Part shown: positions 50,901-62,355 of the stretch, piece by piece
Position numbering within the stretch: the first letter of the stretch is position 1
How the letters are laid out: each line of letters opens with the position of its first letter
From: Squalus acanthias
Taxonomy: Eukaryota
Assembly: GCA_030390025.1 (NCBI GenBank)
Contig: JASTWF010000034.1
Span: 3,906,001 to 3,970,000, forward strand
Reading direction: 5' to 3'
DNA: 64,000 nucleotides
Made by a program: the position numbers and the translations under genes
The notes under the pieces: model-generated
Told to the model about the DNA's origin: nothing
Database searches by the model: none
The model's input: only the letters and a program-made list of their open reading frames with translations

Positions 50901-51038
50901 TTCTGTTAGATGCAGGAGATGGTTCTGTGATAGATAGTAGATTGGCGGTTAGGATCAGATCAGCCATGATCTTATTGAATGGCGGAGCAGGCTCGAGGGG
51001 CCGATTGGCCGACTCCTGCTCCTATTTCTTAGGTTCTT
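47983..51038 (+). mobile_element. Young CR1 LINE: essentially complete ORF2 (APE endonuclease + RT) with one in-frame stop, ORF1 absent
   Basis: ORFs 48000-48884 and 48927-50810 are in the same frame, separated by TAA; motifs [29 protein letters not shown] and FADD are all intact. Confidence 0.97.
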
Positions 51039-51303
51039 ATCAACACTGGCCCATCAAACACTCCCAAAGAAGGTGCAGCATGGATTAGATACAGATTAAA
51101 GATCCGTTTACACTGTCCCATCAAACTCTCCCAGGACAGGTAAAGCACAGGGTAGATACAGATTGAACCTCCCTCTACAATGTAACATCAAACACTCTCA
51201 GGGCAGGTACAGCACGGGTTAGATACAGAGAAAAACTCTCTACACTGTCCCATCAAAAAATCCCAGGGCAGGTTCAGACAATGTTTGGTCCAGAGTAAAG
51301 CTC
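51039..51303 (+). repeat. 67-bp satellite
   Basis: Resumes in register after the CR1. Confidence 0.9.
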
Positions 51304-53002
51304 TGAAATGAATATTTTGCATCTGTGTTCACTGTGGAGAAGGACGATGGAGGCATAGAAATCAGGCAGGGGTATTGTGATATACTTGAACAAATTAGTA
51401 TTGAGAGGGAGGAGGTACTAGCGGTTTTAGCGGGCTTAAAAGTGGATAAAGCGCTAGGCCCTGACGGGATGTATCCCAGGCTACTGTGTGAGGCAAGGGA
51501 GGAGACTGCAGGGGCTGAGACACAAGACACACATTTTCAGAACCTCTCTGACCACAGGGGAGGTGCCAGAGGACTGGAGAACAGCTAACGTAGTACCATT
51601 GTTCAAGAAGGGTAGTAGGGATAAACCAGGGAATTACAGACCAGTGAGCCTAACATCAGTGATAGGGAAATTATTGGAAAAAATTCTGAGGGACAGAATT
51701 AGTCTCCACTTGGAGAGGCAAGGATTAATCAGGGATAGTCAGCATGGCTTTTATCAGGGGGAGATCATATCGAACCAATTTGATTGAATTTTTTGAGGGG
51801 GTGACTAGGTGTGTGGATGAGGATAGTGCAGTTGATGTCGTCTACATGGTCTTCAGTGAGGCTTTTGATAAAGTCCCACATGGGAGACTGGTCAAGAAGT
51901 TAAGAGGCCATGGGATCCAGGGCAATTTGGCACATTGGATTCAAAATTGGCTTCGTGGCAGGAGGCAGATGGGGATGGTCGAAGGTTGTTTTTGTGACTG
52001 GAAGCCTGTGTCCAGTGGTGTACCACAGGGATCGGTGCTGGGTCCCTTGCTGTTTGTAGTGTACATTAATGATTTAGATATGAATGTAAGTTCGCAGATG
52101 ACAGGAAAATTGGTGGAGTGGTAAATAGCGAGGAGGGAAGCCTCAGACTACAAGACGATATAGGCGGGATGGTTAAATGGGCAGAACAGTGGCAAATGGA
52201 ATTTAACCCTGAAAAGTGTGAGGTGATGCATTTTGGGAGGACAAACAAGGCAAGGGAATACACAATGAATGGTAGGACCCTAGGAAGGACAGAGGATCAG
52301 AGGGAATTGGCGTGCATATACATAGATCCCTGAAGGCAGCAGGACAGGTAGATAAGGTGGTTAAAAAGGCATATTGGATACTTGCCTTCATTAGCCGAGG
52401 CAGAGAAGATAAGAGCAGGGAGGTTATGATGGAGCTGTATAAAACGTTGGTTAGGCCACAGCTGGAATACTGTGTGCAGTTCTGGTCACCACACTATAGG
52501 AGGGATGTGATTGCATTGGAGAGGGTGCAGAGGAGATTCACCAGGATGTTACCTGGGCTGGAGCGTTTCAGCTGTGAAGAGAGACTGGACAGGATGGGGT
52601 TGCTTTCCTTAGAGCAGAGAAGGCTGAGGGGGGACCTGATTGAGGTGTACAAAATTATGAGGGGCATAGCTAGGGTGGATAAAAAGGAAATTCTTCCCTT
52701 CGTAGAGGGGTCAATAACTAGGGGGCATAGTTTCAAGGTAAGGGGCAGGAGGTTTAGAGGGGATTTGAGGCAAAACTTTTTCACCCAGAGGGTGGTTGAA
52801 ATCTGGAGCTCACTCCCTTAAAGGGTGGTAGAGGCAGGAACGCTCGCAACTTTCAAGAAGCATTTAGATGAGCACTTGAAACGCCATAGCATACAAGGCT
52901 ACGGACCAAGTGCTGGAAAATGGGATTAGAATAGACAGGGCTTGATGGCCGGTGCAGACACGATGTGCTGAAGGGCCTTTTTCTGTGCTGTATAACTCTA
53001 TA
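51304..53002 (+). mobile_element. 5'-truncated CR1 LINE (same subfamily as 25605-28985)
   Basis: High similarity to 28110-28985; RT motifs; frameshifts. Confidence 0.94.
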
Positions 53003-55220
53003 AACACTCCAGGGCAGGTACAGCACGGTTTAGATACAGAGTAAAGCCCCATCAATAACGTCCCATCTAACATTCCCAGGGCAGGCACAGCAGGGGTTAG
53101 AAACAGAGTCAAGCTCCCTCTGCAATGTCCCATCAAACACTCCCAGGGAAGGTACAGCACGGGTTAGATATAGAGTAAAGCTCCCTCTACACTGTCCCAT
53201 CAAACACTCCCAGGACAGGTACAGCACGGGTTAGATACAGAGTAAAGCTCCCTCTACACTGTCCCATCAAACTCAATCCCAGGACAGGCACAGCAGGGGT
53301 TAGAAACAGAGTAAATCTCCCTCTACAATGTCCCATGAAACACTCCCAGGGCAGGTGCAGCTGTGTTAGATTCAGAGTAAAGCTGTCACTAAACTGTCCC
53401 ATCAAACACTCTCAGGGCACGATCAGACAAAGTTTGATACAGAGTCATGCTCCCTCTACAAGGTCCCATCAAACACTCCCGGGGCAGGTACACCATGGGT
53501 TAGATCGAGAGTAAATCTCCCTCTACAATGTCCCATGAAACACTCCCAAGGCAGGTACAGCACAGGTTAGATACAGAGTAAAGCCCCCTCTACACTGTCC
53601 CATCAAGCTCTCCCAGGGCATGTACAGCACGGGTCAGATACACAGTAAAATTCCCTCTACACTATCCCATCAACTAACTCCCAGGACACGTGTAATACGG
53701 GTTAGATGCCGAGTAAAGCTCCCTTTACACTGTCTGATCAAACACTCCCAGGGCAGGGACAGCACAGGTTAGATACAGGGTAAAACTCACTCTACACTGA
53801 CCCATCAAACACCCACAGGGCAGGTTCAGACGATGTTTCATACAGAGCAAAGCTCCCTCGACACTATCCCATCAAATCACTCCCAGGACAGGTACAGCAC
53901 TCGTTACATACAGAGTAAAGCTCCCTCTACAATGTCCCATCAAACACTCCTAGGGCAGGTACAGCACGCGTTAGATAGAGTAAAGCTCTCTCCACACTGT
54001 CGCATCAAACACTCCCACTACAGGTACAGCACAGGTTAGACACAGAGTAAAGCTGCCTCTACACTGTCCAATCAAACACTCCCAGGGCAGGTTCAGACCA
54101 CGTTTGATACAGTGTAAAGCTGCTTATACACTGTCCCATCAAACACTCCCAGGGCAGGTAAAGCACGGGTTAGATAAAGAGTAAAGCTCCCTCTAAAATG
54201 TTCCATCAAACATTCCTAGGGCAGGTAGATCAGTAGTAGGGAAAAAGCTGGAATCTATTATAAAGGATGCAATAACTGGGCACTTAGAAACTAATAGTAA
54301 GATTGGGCAGAGTCAACATGGATTTATGAAAGGGAAATCCTGTTTGACAAACATATTGGAGTTCTTTAAGGATGTAACGAGTGGAGTAGACAAAGGGGAA
54401 CCGGTAGATGTGGTGTATCTGGATTTTCATAAGACCTTCGATAAGGTCCCACACAAGAGGTTGGTGAACAAAATGAGGGCACATTGAATTGGGGGTAATA
54501 TACTAGCATGGTTTGAGAATTGGTTAACAGACAGAAAACAAAGAGTAGGGAGAAACGGATCTTTTTCAGGATGGAAGGCTGCGACTAGTGGAGTACAGCA
54601 AGGATCGGTGCTTGGGCCCCAGCTGGTCACACTCTATACCAAGGATTTGGATGAGGGGTCTGAATGTAACATTTCCAAATTTGCTGATGATACAAAGCTA
54701 GGTGGCAGTGTCAGTTGTGAAGAAGATGTGAAGAGACTTCAAGGGAATCTCAAAGGGCTCAGTGAGGGGCGTGAACATGGCAGATGGAATATAATGTCGA
54801 TAAATGTGAAGTTATCCAGTTTGGTAGACAAAACAGAAAGGCACAGTATTTCCTAAATTTTGATAGATTGGGGAACGCAGATGCACAAAGGGACCTGGGT
54901 GTCCTTGTACATGAGTCATTGAAAGTGAATGTGCAGAGTAAAGCTTCCTCTAAACTGTCCCATCAAACACTCCCAGGGCAGGTTCAGACTACGTCTGATA
55001 CAGAGTAATGCTCCCTCTGCACTGTCCTATCAAACTTTCCCAGGGCAGGTACAGCGGGAGTTAGAAACAGAGCAAAGCTCCCTCTACACTGTCCCATCAA
55101 ACACTCCCAGGGCAGGTACAGCGGGAGTTAGAAACAGAGTTAAGCTCCCTCTACAGTGTCCCATCAACACTCGCAGGGCAGGTACAGTATACGTTAGATA
55201 CAGCATAAAGCTCCCTCACT
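53003..55220 (+). repeat. 67-bp satellite array, interrupted by a CR1 RT fragment
   Basis: Periodicity at 53003-54230 and 54935-55220. Confidence 0.92.
54231..54935 (+). mobile_element. Internal CR1 RT fragment lacking the 3' tail
   Basis: SQHGFMKGKSCLTN; KFADDTK; RDLGVLVHESL, then directly satellite. Confidence 0.88.
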
Positions 55221-55572
55221 AGAAGGACACACACCGCGGGCCACACTCACTGGAAGGAGACACACCGCGGGACGCACTCACTGGAAGGAGACACACCGCG
55301 GGACACACTCACTGGAATGAGACACACCGCGGGACACACTCACTGGAAGGAGACACACCGCGGGACACTCACTGGAAGGAGACACACCGCGGGACACACT
55401 CACTGGAAGGAGACACACCGCGGGACACACTCACTGGAAGGAGACACGCCGCGGGACAGACTCACTAGAAGGAGACACAATGCGGGCCAAACTCACTGGA
55501 AGTAGACACACCGCGGGACACACACAATGGAAGTAGACACACCGCGGGACACACTCACTGGAAGGATGCACA
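55217..55572. repeat. ~31-bp minisatellite (CACTGGAAGGAGACACACCGCGGGACACACT)
   Basis: About 11 tandem copies. Confidence 0.9.
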
Positions 55573-55574
55573 CG

Positions 55575-58500
55575 ATGAGTAGGGCGGGTCCCAGAGGCGA
55601 GGTCGATGCCCAGGAGTGGCGCAGCGGTGTCGGGAGGACCACACTGCAGCCTATGAAACCCAGGCAGAGAGGACCTGCGGGAAGAGGGAGGAGGACAGTA
55701 GGAGTGGGTTTTGTGTGTGTGTGCTCGGCCGATGTAGCAGAGCCTGGTCTCCAATTGAATTGGATCCCCTTGCCATTGGACCAAGACCTTGCTCTCTCAA
55801 GCCTGTGTGGTAGCTGGTGTGCAACGGCCACCCCACGTTAAAAGAATTCACGCACAGGCATCTTCCACCCTTTAAAATGAAGTTCGGGACCTGGAACATC
55901 AGGACGCTCATGGACAAGCCCAACAGCGACAGACCGGAACGCCATTGTGCTATCGTTGCCCGGGAGCTCAGACGTTTCGACATAGACATCACCGCCCTAA
56001 GCTAGACCCAGTGGCCAGAGGAAGGCCAGCTCAAGGAGCAAGGCTGTGGTTACACCTTCTTCTGGAAAGGCAAACCTGAAGAAGAACGCCGCCTCCATGG
56101 GGTAGGTGTCGCCATATAAAATGAGCTAGTTAAACGTCTCAGAGACTCACCTTGTGGAATAAACGAACGCCTCATCACTCATCGCTCAACCTAGCCCAGA
56201 ACCAGTGCGCTACGGTCATCAGTGCATACGCCCCAACACTGGAAGCCACAGACAAGACCAAAGAGGAATTCTACTCCAGCCTCGAACAATCCCTGTCCCG
56301 AGTCCCAATGGGCGACAAGCTGATCCCCCTTGGCGACTTCAACACCAGAGGTGGAAAGGACACAGACCTCTGGGGAGGTGTGGTCAACAGAGCGGGGGTA
56401 GGGAAAGCCAACTCCAATGGTACCCTCCTCCTGACGAAATGGTAAGAACATGGCCTTGTCATAACCAACACCTTGTTCCGTCAGACAGACAAGTACAAGG
56501 CTTCATGGCAACACCCTCGCTCCAAGCACTGGTATCTGTTGGACTACGTCATCGCCCGAGCGAGGGACCGCAAGGACGTCCGCATCACCTGTGCCATGAC
56601 AGGAGCTGATGACTGCTGGACCGCCCACTGCCTAATCCGCTCTGTCATCTCCATCAACGTAGCCCCAAAAGAGCGGCGGCAACAGATGCAATGCCGCAGG
56701 AAAATCAACGCTGGAGCACTCAAAGACCCTGCTAAGAAAGCCCTATTCAGCCTGCGCCTCACAACCAACCTGACGACTCCCAGTGATTCAGAGACACAGA
56801 GTGTCCACGGCACCTGGTCTGCACGCAAGGCCTCCATAATCAGCACCTGCGAAGAGACGCTCGGTCACTCGACCAGGAAAAATCAAGACTGGTTCAACAA
56901 GAATGACCAGGAGATCCAGGAGCTAATAAGTCGCAAGGGCAAGGCATTGCTGATCTGGAAACAGTAACAGAACTCGAGAGCCAGAAAGCAGCTCTACAGA
57001 CATTGAAGGCCGAGGTCCAACAAAAAACTCGCGACCTAAGAACAGATGGTGGGTGGAGAAAGCGCAGGAGATCCAGCAGCGAGCCGACAACCACGATGTG
57101 CGTGGATTCTTTAGCGCATTCAAGACCACCTACTGCCCAAGCAAGCATGGTCCTACCCCACTGCGGGCAAAGAATGGAGAGGTACTCATCAAGGACAGAG
57201 AGGCAGACAGTGCCCGCTGGAAGGAACACTTCGAAGATCTCCTTAACCGAAACTCTGTCTTCGATACAAGTGTCCTCAACTCCATCCCGCAGCATGCTAC
57301 CCGCAACCACCTCAGCACAACCTCAGTCCGGCATGAGATTGAAAAGGCCATCCGACAACTGAAGAACAACAAGGCCTCAGGAGCAGATGGAATCCCCGCT
57401 GAGGCACTAAAACAAGGTGAAGAAGTACTATTGGTGCGAATACATGAACTCATTTCTCCTATTTGGAAGGAGGAGAGCATGCCAGGGGATCTCAGAGTTG
57501 CCGTAATCGTGACCATCTTCAAGAAAGGTGACAAGTCTGATTGTGCTAATTACAGAGCAGTCTCCCTGCTGTCTGCCACAGGGAAAGTCATCGCAAGAAT
57601 CATCCTCAATCGCCTTCTCCCAGTGGCTGAAGAGCTCCTCCCAGAGTCGCAATGCGGATTACGCCCAGTAAGGGGTACAATGAACATGATCTTCACCGCG
57701 CGTAAACTACAAGAGAAATGCAGGGCACAGCACCAACCGCTGTACATGGTCTTCTTTGACCTCATAAAGGCCTTCAACACCATCAACCGTGAGGGATTAT
57801 GGAGTATCCTCCTCAAATTCAGCTGCCCTCAAAAGTTTGTCACCATCCTCCACCTGCTTCACGACAACATTCAAGCTGTAATCCTAACACACAGATCCAC
57901 CAGAGACCCAATTCATGTACGCACCGGGGTCAAGCAAGGCTGTGTCATCGCAACAACGCTCTTCTCGTTCTTCCTGGCTGCAATGTTCCATCGCACCCTC
58001 AGTGAGCTCCGCGTCGGAGTGGAGCTAATCTACAGAACAAATGGAAAAACTGTTCAAACTCCATCGCCTCCAGTCCAGATTCAAGTTCGTTCCATCCTCT
58101 GTCATCGAATTACAGTATGCAGACGACGCTTGCATCTGTGCTCACTCACCAGTCGAACTCTAATCCATCTTCAACATCTTCACCGAAGCGTACGAGAGCA
58201 TCGGCCTTACACTAAACATCCGTGAGACAAAGGTCCTCCACCAACCCGCCACAAGTACTGCTCCCCCATTATCAAAATCCATGACGAGGCCTTGGACAAC
58301 GTGGACCACTTTCCATATCTCGGGAGCCTACCGTCAACAAGAGGAGACGTCGATGACAAAGTCCAACACCGCCTTCAGTTTGCCAGTGCAGCCTTCGGTC
58401 GCCTGAGGAAGAGAATGTTTAAAGACCAGGCCCTCAAATCCAGCCCCAAGCTCATGGTCTAGACCAGTAGTGATACCCAACCTCCTGTATGCTTCAAAGA

Positions 58501-59073
58501 CATTGACCATGTACAGCAGGTACCTCAAAGCACTGGAGAGGTACCACCAATGCTGCCTCCGCAAGATCCTGCGTTCTCGCTCAGGCCAACATCCCCAGCA
58601 TCGAAGCTTTGACCACGCTCGATCAGCTCCGATGGACGGGCCACATCGTCCGCATGCCCGATAAGAGACTTCCAAAATTAGCGCTCTACTCGGAGCTCCG
58701 GCACGGCAAGAGAGTCCCAGGAGGGCAGAGGAAACGCTTCAAGGACACTCTCAAAGCCTGCTTGAAAAAGTGCAACATCCCCAGCGACACCTGGGAATCC
58801 CCGGACCAAGACCGCACAAAGTGGAGGAAAAGCATCCGGGAAGGCGCCGAATACGTGGAGTCTCTTCGCCGGGAGCAAGTGGAAGACAAGCGCAAACAGC
58901 GTAAGGAGCGCACGTCAAACCAAGCACCCCACACACCCGCCCCTTCAACCACCGTCTGCCCCACCTGTAACAGAGACTGTAGGTCCCGCATTGGACTCAT
59001 CAGTCACCTGAGAACTCATTTTTAGTGTGGAAGCAAGTCATCCTCATTTCCGAGGGACTGCCGAAGAAGAAGA
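55575..59073 (+). mobile_element. Near full-length RTE-clade LINE, decayed
   Basis: MKFGTWNIRTL, SAYAPT, GDFN, SWQHPRSKHWYLLDY, KASGADGIPAE, LPESQCG, GVKQGCV, YADD, C-terminal CPTC..C..RIGLISHLRTH, (GAA)n tail; many frameshifts. Confidence 0.93.
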
Positions 59074-59452
59074 CTCTGTGACTCCATCTGTGGAGTGCCT
59101 AAATATAGACCCACTCTGTGACTCCCCCTGTGGAGTCCCTAAGAATCGACCCACTCTTTGACACCCTCTGTGGAGTCCCTAAGTATAGACCCACTCTGTG
59201 ACTCCCTCTGTGGAGTCCCTAAGCATAGACCCACTCTTTGACACCCTCTGTGGAGTCCCTAAGTATAGACCCACTCTGTGACTCCCTCTGTGGAGTCCCT
59301 AAGTATGGACCCACTCTGTGACTCCCCCTGTGGAGTCCCTAAGAATCGACCCACTCTTTGACACCCTCTGTGGAGTCCCTAAGTATAGACCCACTCTTTG
59401 GCTCCATCTGTGGAGTCCCTAAGTATAGACCCACTCTGTGACACCCTCTGTG
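59074..59452. repeat. 40-bp tandem array with internal palindrome GACTCC..GGAGTC, about 9.5 copies
   Basis: Period 40 (59111, 59151, 59191...). Confidence 0.93.
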
Positions 59453-59944
59453 TGAGTTTGCAATTCATTCTGTTTCTGTCAGTCTCTGGTGCGGTGTGTG
59501 AGTGTGCGATTCATTCTGTATCTGACAATCTCTGATACTGTGGGATCACTTGCCTTGTCAGCCCTTCCGAAACGCATAACCTCACAATTCTCCAGATTGA
59601 ATTCCATTTGCCCCTTTTCTGCACAACTGACCAGTCCAGTGATTTCTTCCTGCATATATCATGCGTTATACACAGACTAAAGCTCCCATTAGACTGCCCA
59701 ATCAGACAGTCAAAGGGCAGGTAAAGCACGGGTAAGATAGAGAGATGCAAAGTAAAGCTTCCTCTACAATGGAAACCCAAAACACTCTCTGGGCAGGCAA
59801 GGAATGGGTGGCGTACAGAATAAAGCTCCCACTAATTTGGTTCAGCCGAGCATGAAGCGAGATGTTGACCAGCTCCCAGTATCTGGTTAGACTCTCACAT
59901 TGGAAAAATCCTGGACTGGTGGGATTCTCAGTAAAGTTCCTCAC

Positions 59945-60345
59945 CTTTCCAATCATTGTTGAAGCTTCCTGTTTTATCCCGTCTCCGAAAATGGGGATCT
60001 CGGTCCCGCCGGATCTGCTCTGTGAACCCAACGACATTTCTCCAGTCCCAGTCAGTGAGGCGATGATTCGACTGCTCTCTCTCCAACTTCCTGAGATATT
60101 GCTCACTCCCAGAGACTGTTAACAGTAAAATGATTCATATTAATCCCATAATCTGTAACTGGAATGCAGTGGGACTGTTTTTGTGACTGATTATATTTAA
60201 TTTGACGAAACTCACTGCCAGTGTCAGCTGTCACTCCAGCTCCTCCCACACCGACATCCCACTGATGGGCTGTAACCAGGGGCGGAAACCTGACTCCAGG
60301 TGACATCACAAAGGAACCGGGAGCCAATCACACAGCAGCGGGGAA
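59945..60345 (-). other. Orphan gene 5' cassette copy B (promoter, non-coding exon ending 60216, exon 60115-59945 encoding MSLGSQSRSGGTEIPIFGDGIKQEASTMIGK)
   Basis: CCAAT (60324), GC box (~60279), 100-bp GT-AG intron, ATG 60037 to donor AAG|GTGAGG = 93 nt; homologous to 35283-35770. Confidence 0.5.
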
Positions 60346-60375
60346 TAATGACACAAAGCGGCCATCGCCCCTCCA

Positions 60376-61747
60376 AAGTCAACATGGATTTACAAAAGGT
60401 AAATCATGCTTGACTAATCTACTGGAATTTTTTGAGGATGCAACTGGTAAAATAGATAAGGGAGAACCAGTGGATGTGGTGTATTTGGACTTTCAAAAGG
60501 CTTTCGATAAGGTCCCGCATAAGAGATTAGCGTGTAAAGTTAAGGCACATGGGATTGGAGGGCAAGGTATTGACTTGGATAGAGAACTGGTTGGCAGACA
60601 GAAAGCAGAGAATAAGAATTAATGGGTCTTTTTCCGAGTGGCAGGCAGTGACTAGAGGGGTACCGCAGGGATCGGTCCTTGGACCCCAGCTATTCACAAT
60701 ATATATTAAATGATCCAGACAAGGGAACTAGATGTAATATCTCCAAGTTTGGAGATGACACAAAGCTAGGTGGGCGTGTGTGCTGTGAGGAGGATGCCGA
60801 GAAACTCCAGGATGAATTGGACAGGTTGGGTGATTGGGCAGAAAGATGGCAGATGCAATATAACGTGGATAAATGCGAGGTTATCCACTTTGGTGTCAAA
60901 AACAGGAAGGCAGATTATTATCTGAATGGCAACAGATTGGGATAAATGCGAGGTTATCCACTTTGGTGTCAAAAACAGGAAGGCAGATTATTATCTGAAT
61001 GGCAACAGATTGGGAGAAGGGGAAGTGCAACGAGAACTGGGTGTCCTTGTGCACCAGTCACTGAAGGTAAGCTTGCAGGTGCAGCAGGCGGTTAAGATGG
61101 CAAATGGATGTTGGCCTTCGGAGCGAGAGGGTTTGAGTGCAGGAACAAGGATGTCTTGCTGCGGTTGCACAGGGCCTTGGTGAGACCACATCTTGAGTAT
61201 TGTGTGCAGTTTTAGTCGCCTGATCTGAGGATGGAGGTTCTTGCCATGGAAGGAGTTCAGCGAAGATTCACCAGGCTGGTACCTGGGATGGCAGGAATGA
61301 CGTATGAGGAGAGATTGGATCGATTGGGCTGATACTCGCTGGAGTTTAGAAGAATGAGAGGGGATCTCATTGAAACTTATAAAATTCTAACAGGACTGGA
61401 GAGACTAGATGCAGGAAGGATGTTCCCGATGGTCGGGGAGTCCAGAACCAGGGGTCACAGTCTAAGGATAAGGGGTAAGACATTTAGGACAGAAATGAGG
61501 AGGAATTTCTTCAACCAGAGAGTGGTGAACCTGTGGAATTCTCTACAACAGAAGGCAGTAGAGGCCAATTCATTAAATATATTCAAGAAGGACTTGGATA
61601 TATTTCTTAAACCTAAAGGATCAAGGGATATGGGGAGAAGGCCGGGACAGGGTACTGAATTTGGATGATCAGCCATGAACGCATTGAAAGGCGAAGCAGG
61701 CTCGAGGGGCCGAATGGCCTGCTCCTGCTCCTATCTTCTATGTTTCT
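60376..61747 (+). mobile_element. 5'-truncated CR1 LINE with an internal 73-bp tandem duplication
   Basis: LDFQKAFDKVPH, KFGDDTK; AAATGCGAGG at 60871 and 60944. Confidence 0.93.
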
Positions 61748-62140
61748 CGCACTCCCAGGGCAGGTATGATACAGAGCTCCCTCTATATTACCCTGACAGT
61801 GTCCCCCCACTTTATACCCAGTGTCAGCATCGTGCACTCCCAGGGCAGGTACAATACAGAGCTCCCTCTACATTACCCTAACAGTGTACCCCCACTTTAT
61901 ACCCAGTGTCAGCATCGTGCACTCCCAGGGCAGGTACAATACAGAGCTCCCTCTACATTACCGTGACAGTGTACCCCCACTTTATACCCAGTGTCAGCAT
62001 CCAGCATTCCCAGGGCAGGTATAATACAGAGCTCCCTCGACATTACCCTGACAGTGTCCCCCCACTTTATACCCAGTGTCAGCATCCAGCACTCCCAGGG
62101 CAGGTACAATACAGAGCTCCCTCTACATTACCCTGACATT
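61748..62140 (+). repeat. 85-bp tandem array related to the 67-bp satellite, about 4.5 copies
   Basis: ACTCCCAGGG at 61751, 61836 and 61921. Confidence 0.9.
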
Positions 62141-62355
62141 ACCACTGTTACTCCCTCCCGCTCCATTCCATTTCTGTTCCTGACTCTGCTCCAGCTCGGG
62201 TTCCCCAGCCACAGTTCCTCTGCCGTTTGTTCCAGGTATTCCAGGGTACACTTTGCTGGACAGGTCACAGCGGGGTCGAAGGTTAGAGGATAATTCAGAA
62301 GTCAAACACCATTTAAAGTGAAATAGTCAGAGGGGCCGTAATCACCCTCAGGACC

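Noticed and set aside
59074..59452. CRISPR-like palindromic 40-bp repeats
   Set aside because: Units are head-to-tail with no unique spacers, no cas genes, and the context is vertebrate
60020..60060. WDWRNV papain/cathepsin C-like motif in an alternative minus frame
   Set aside because: Not followed by the Q..CGSC catalytic motif, no start in that frame, and not conserved in copy A
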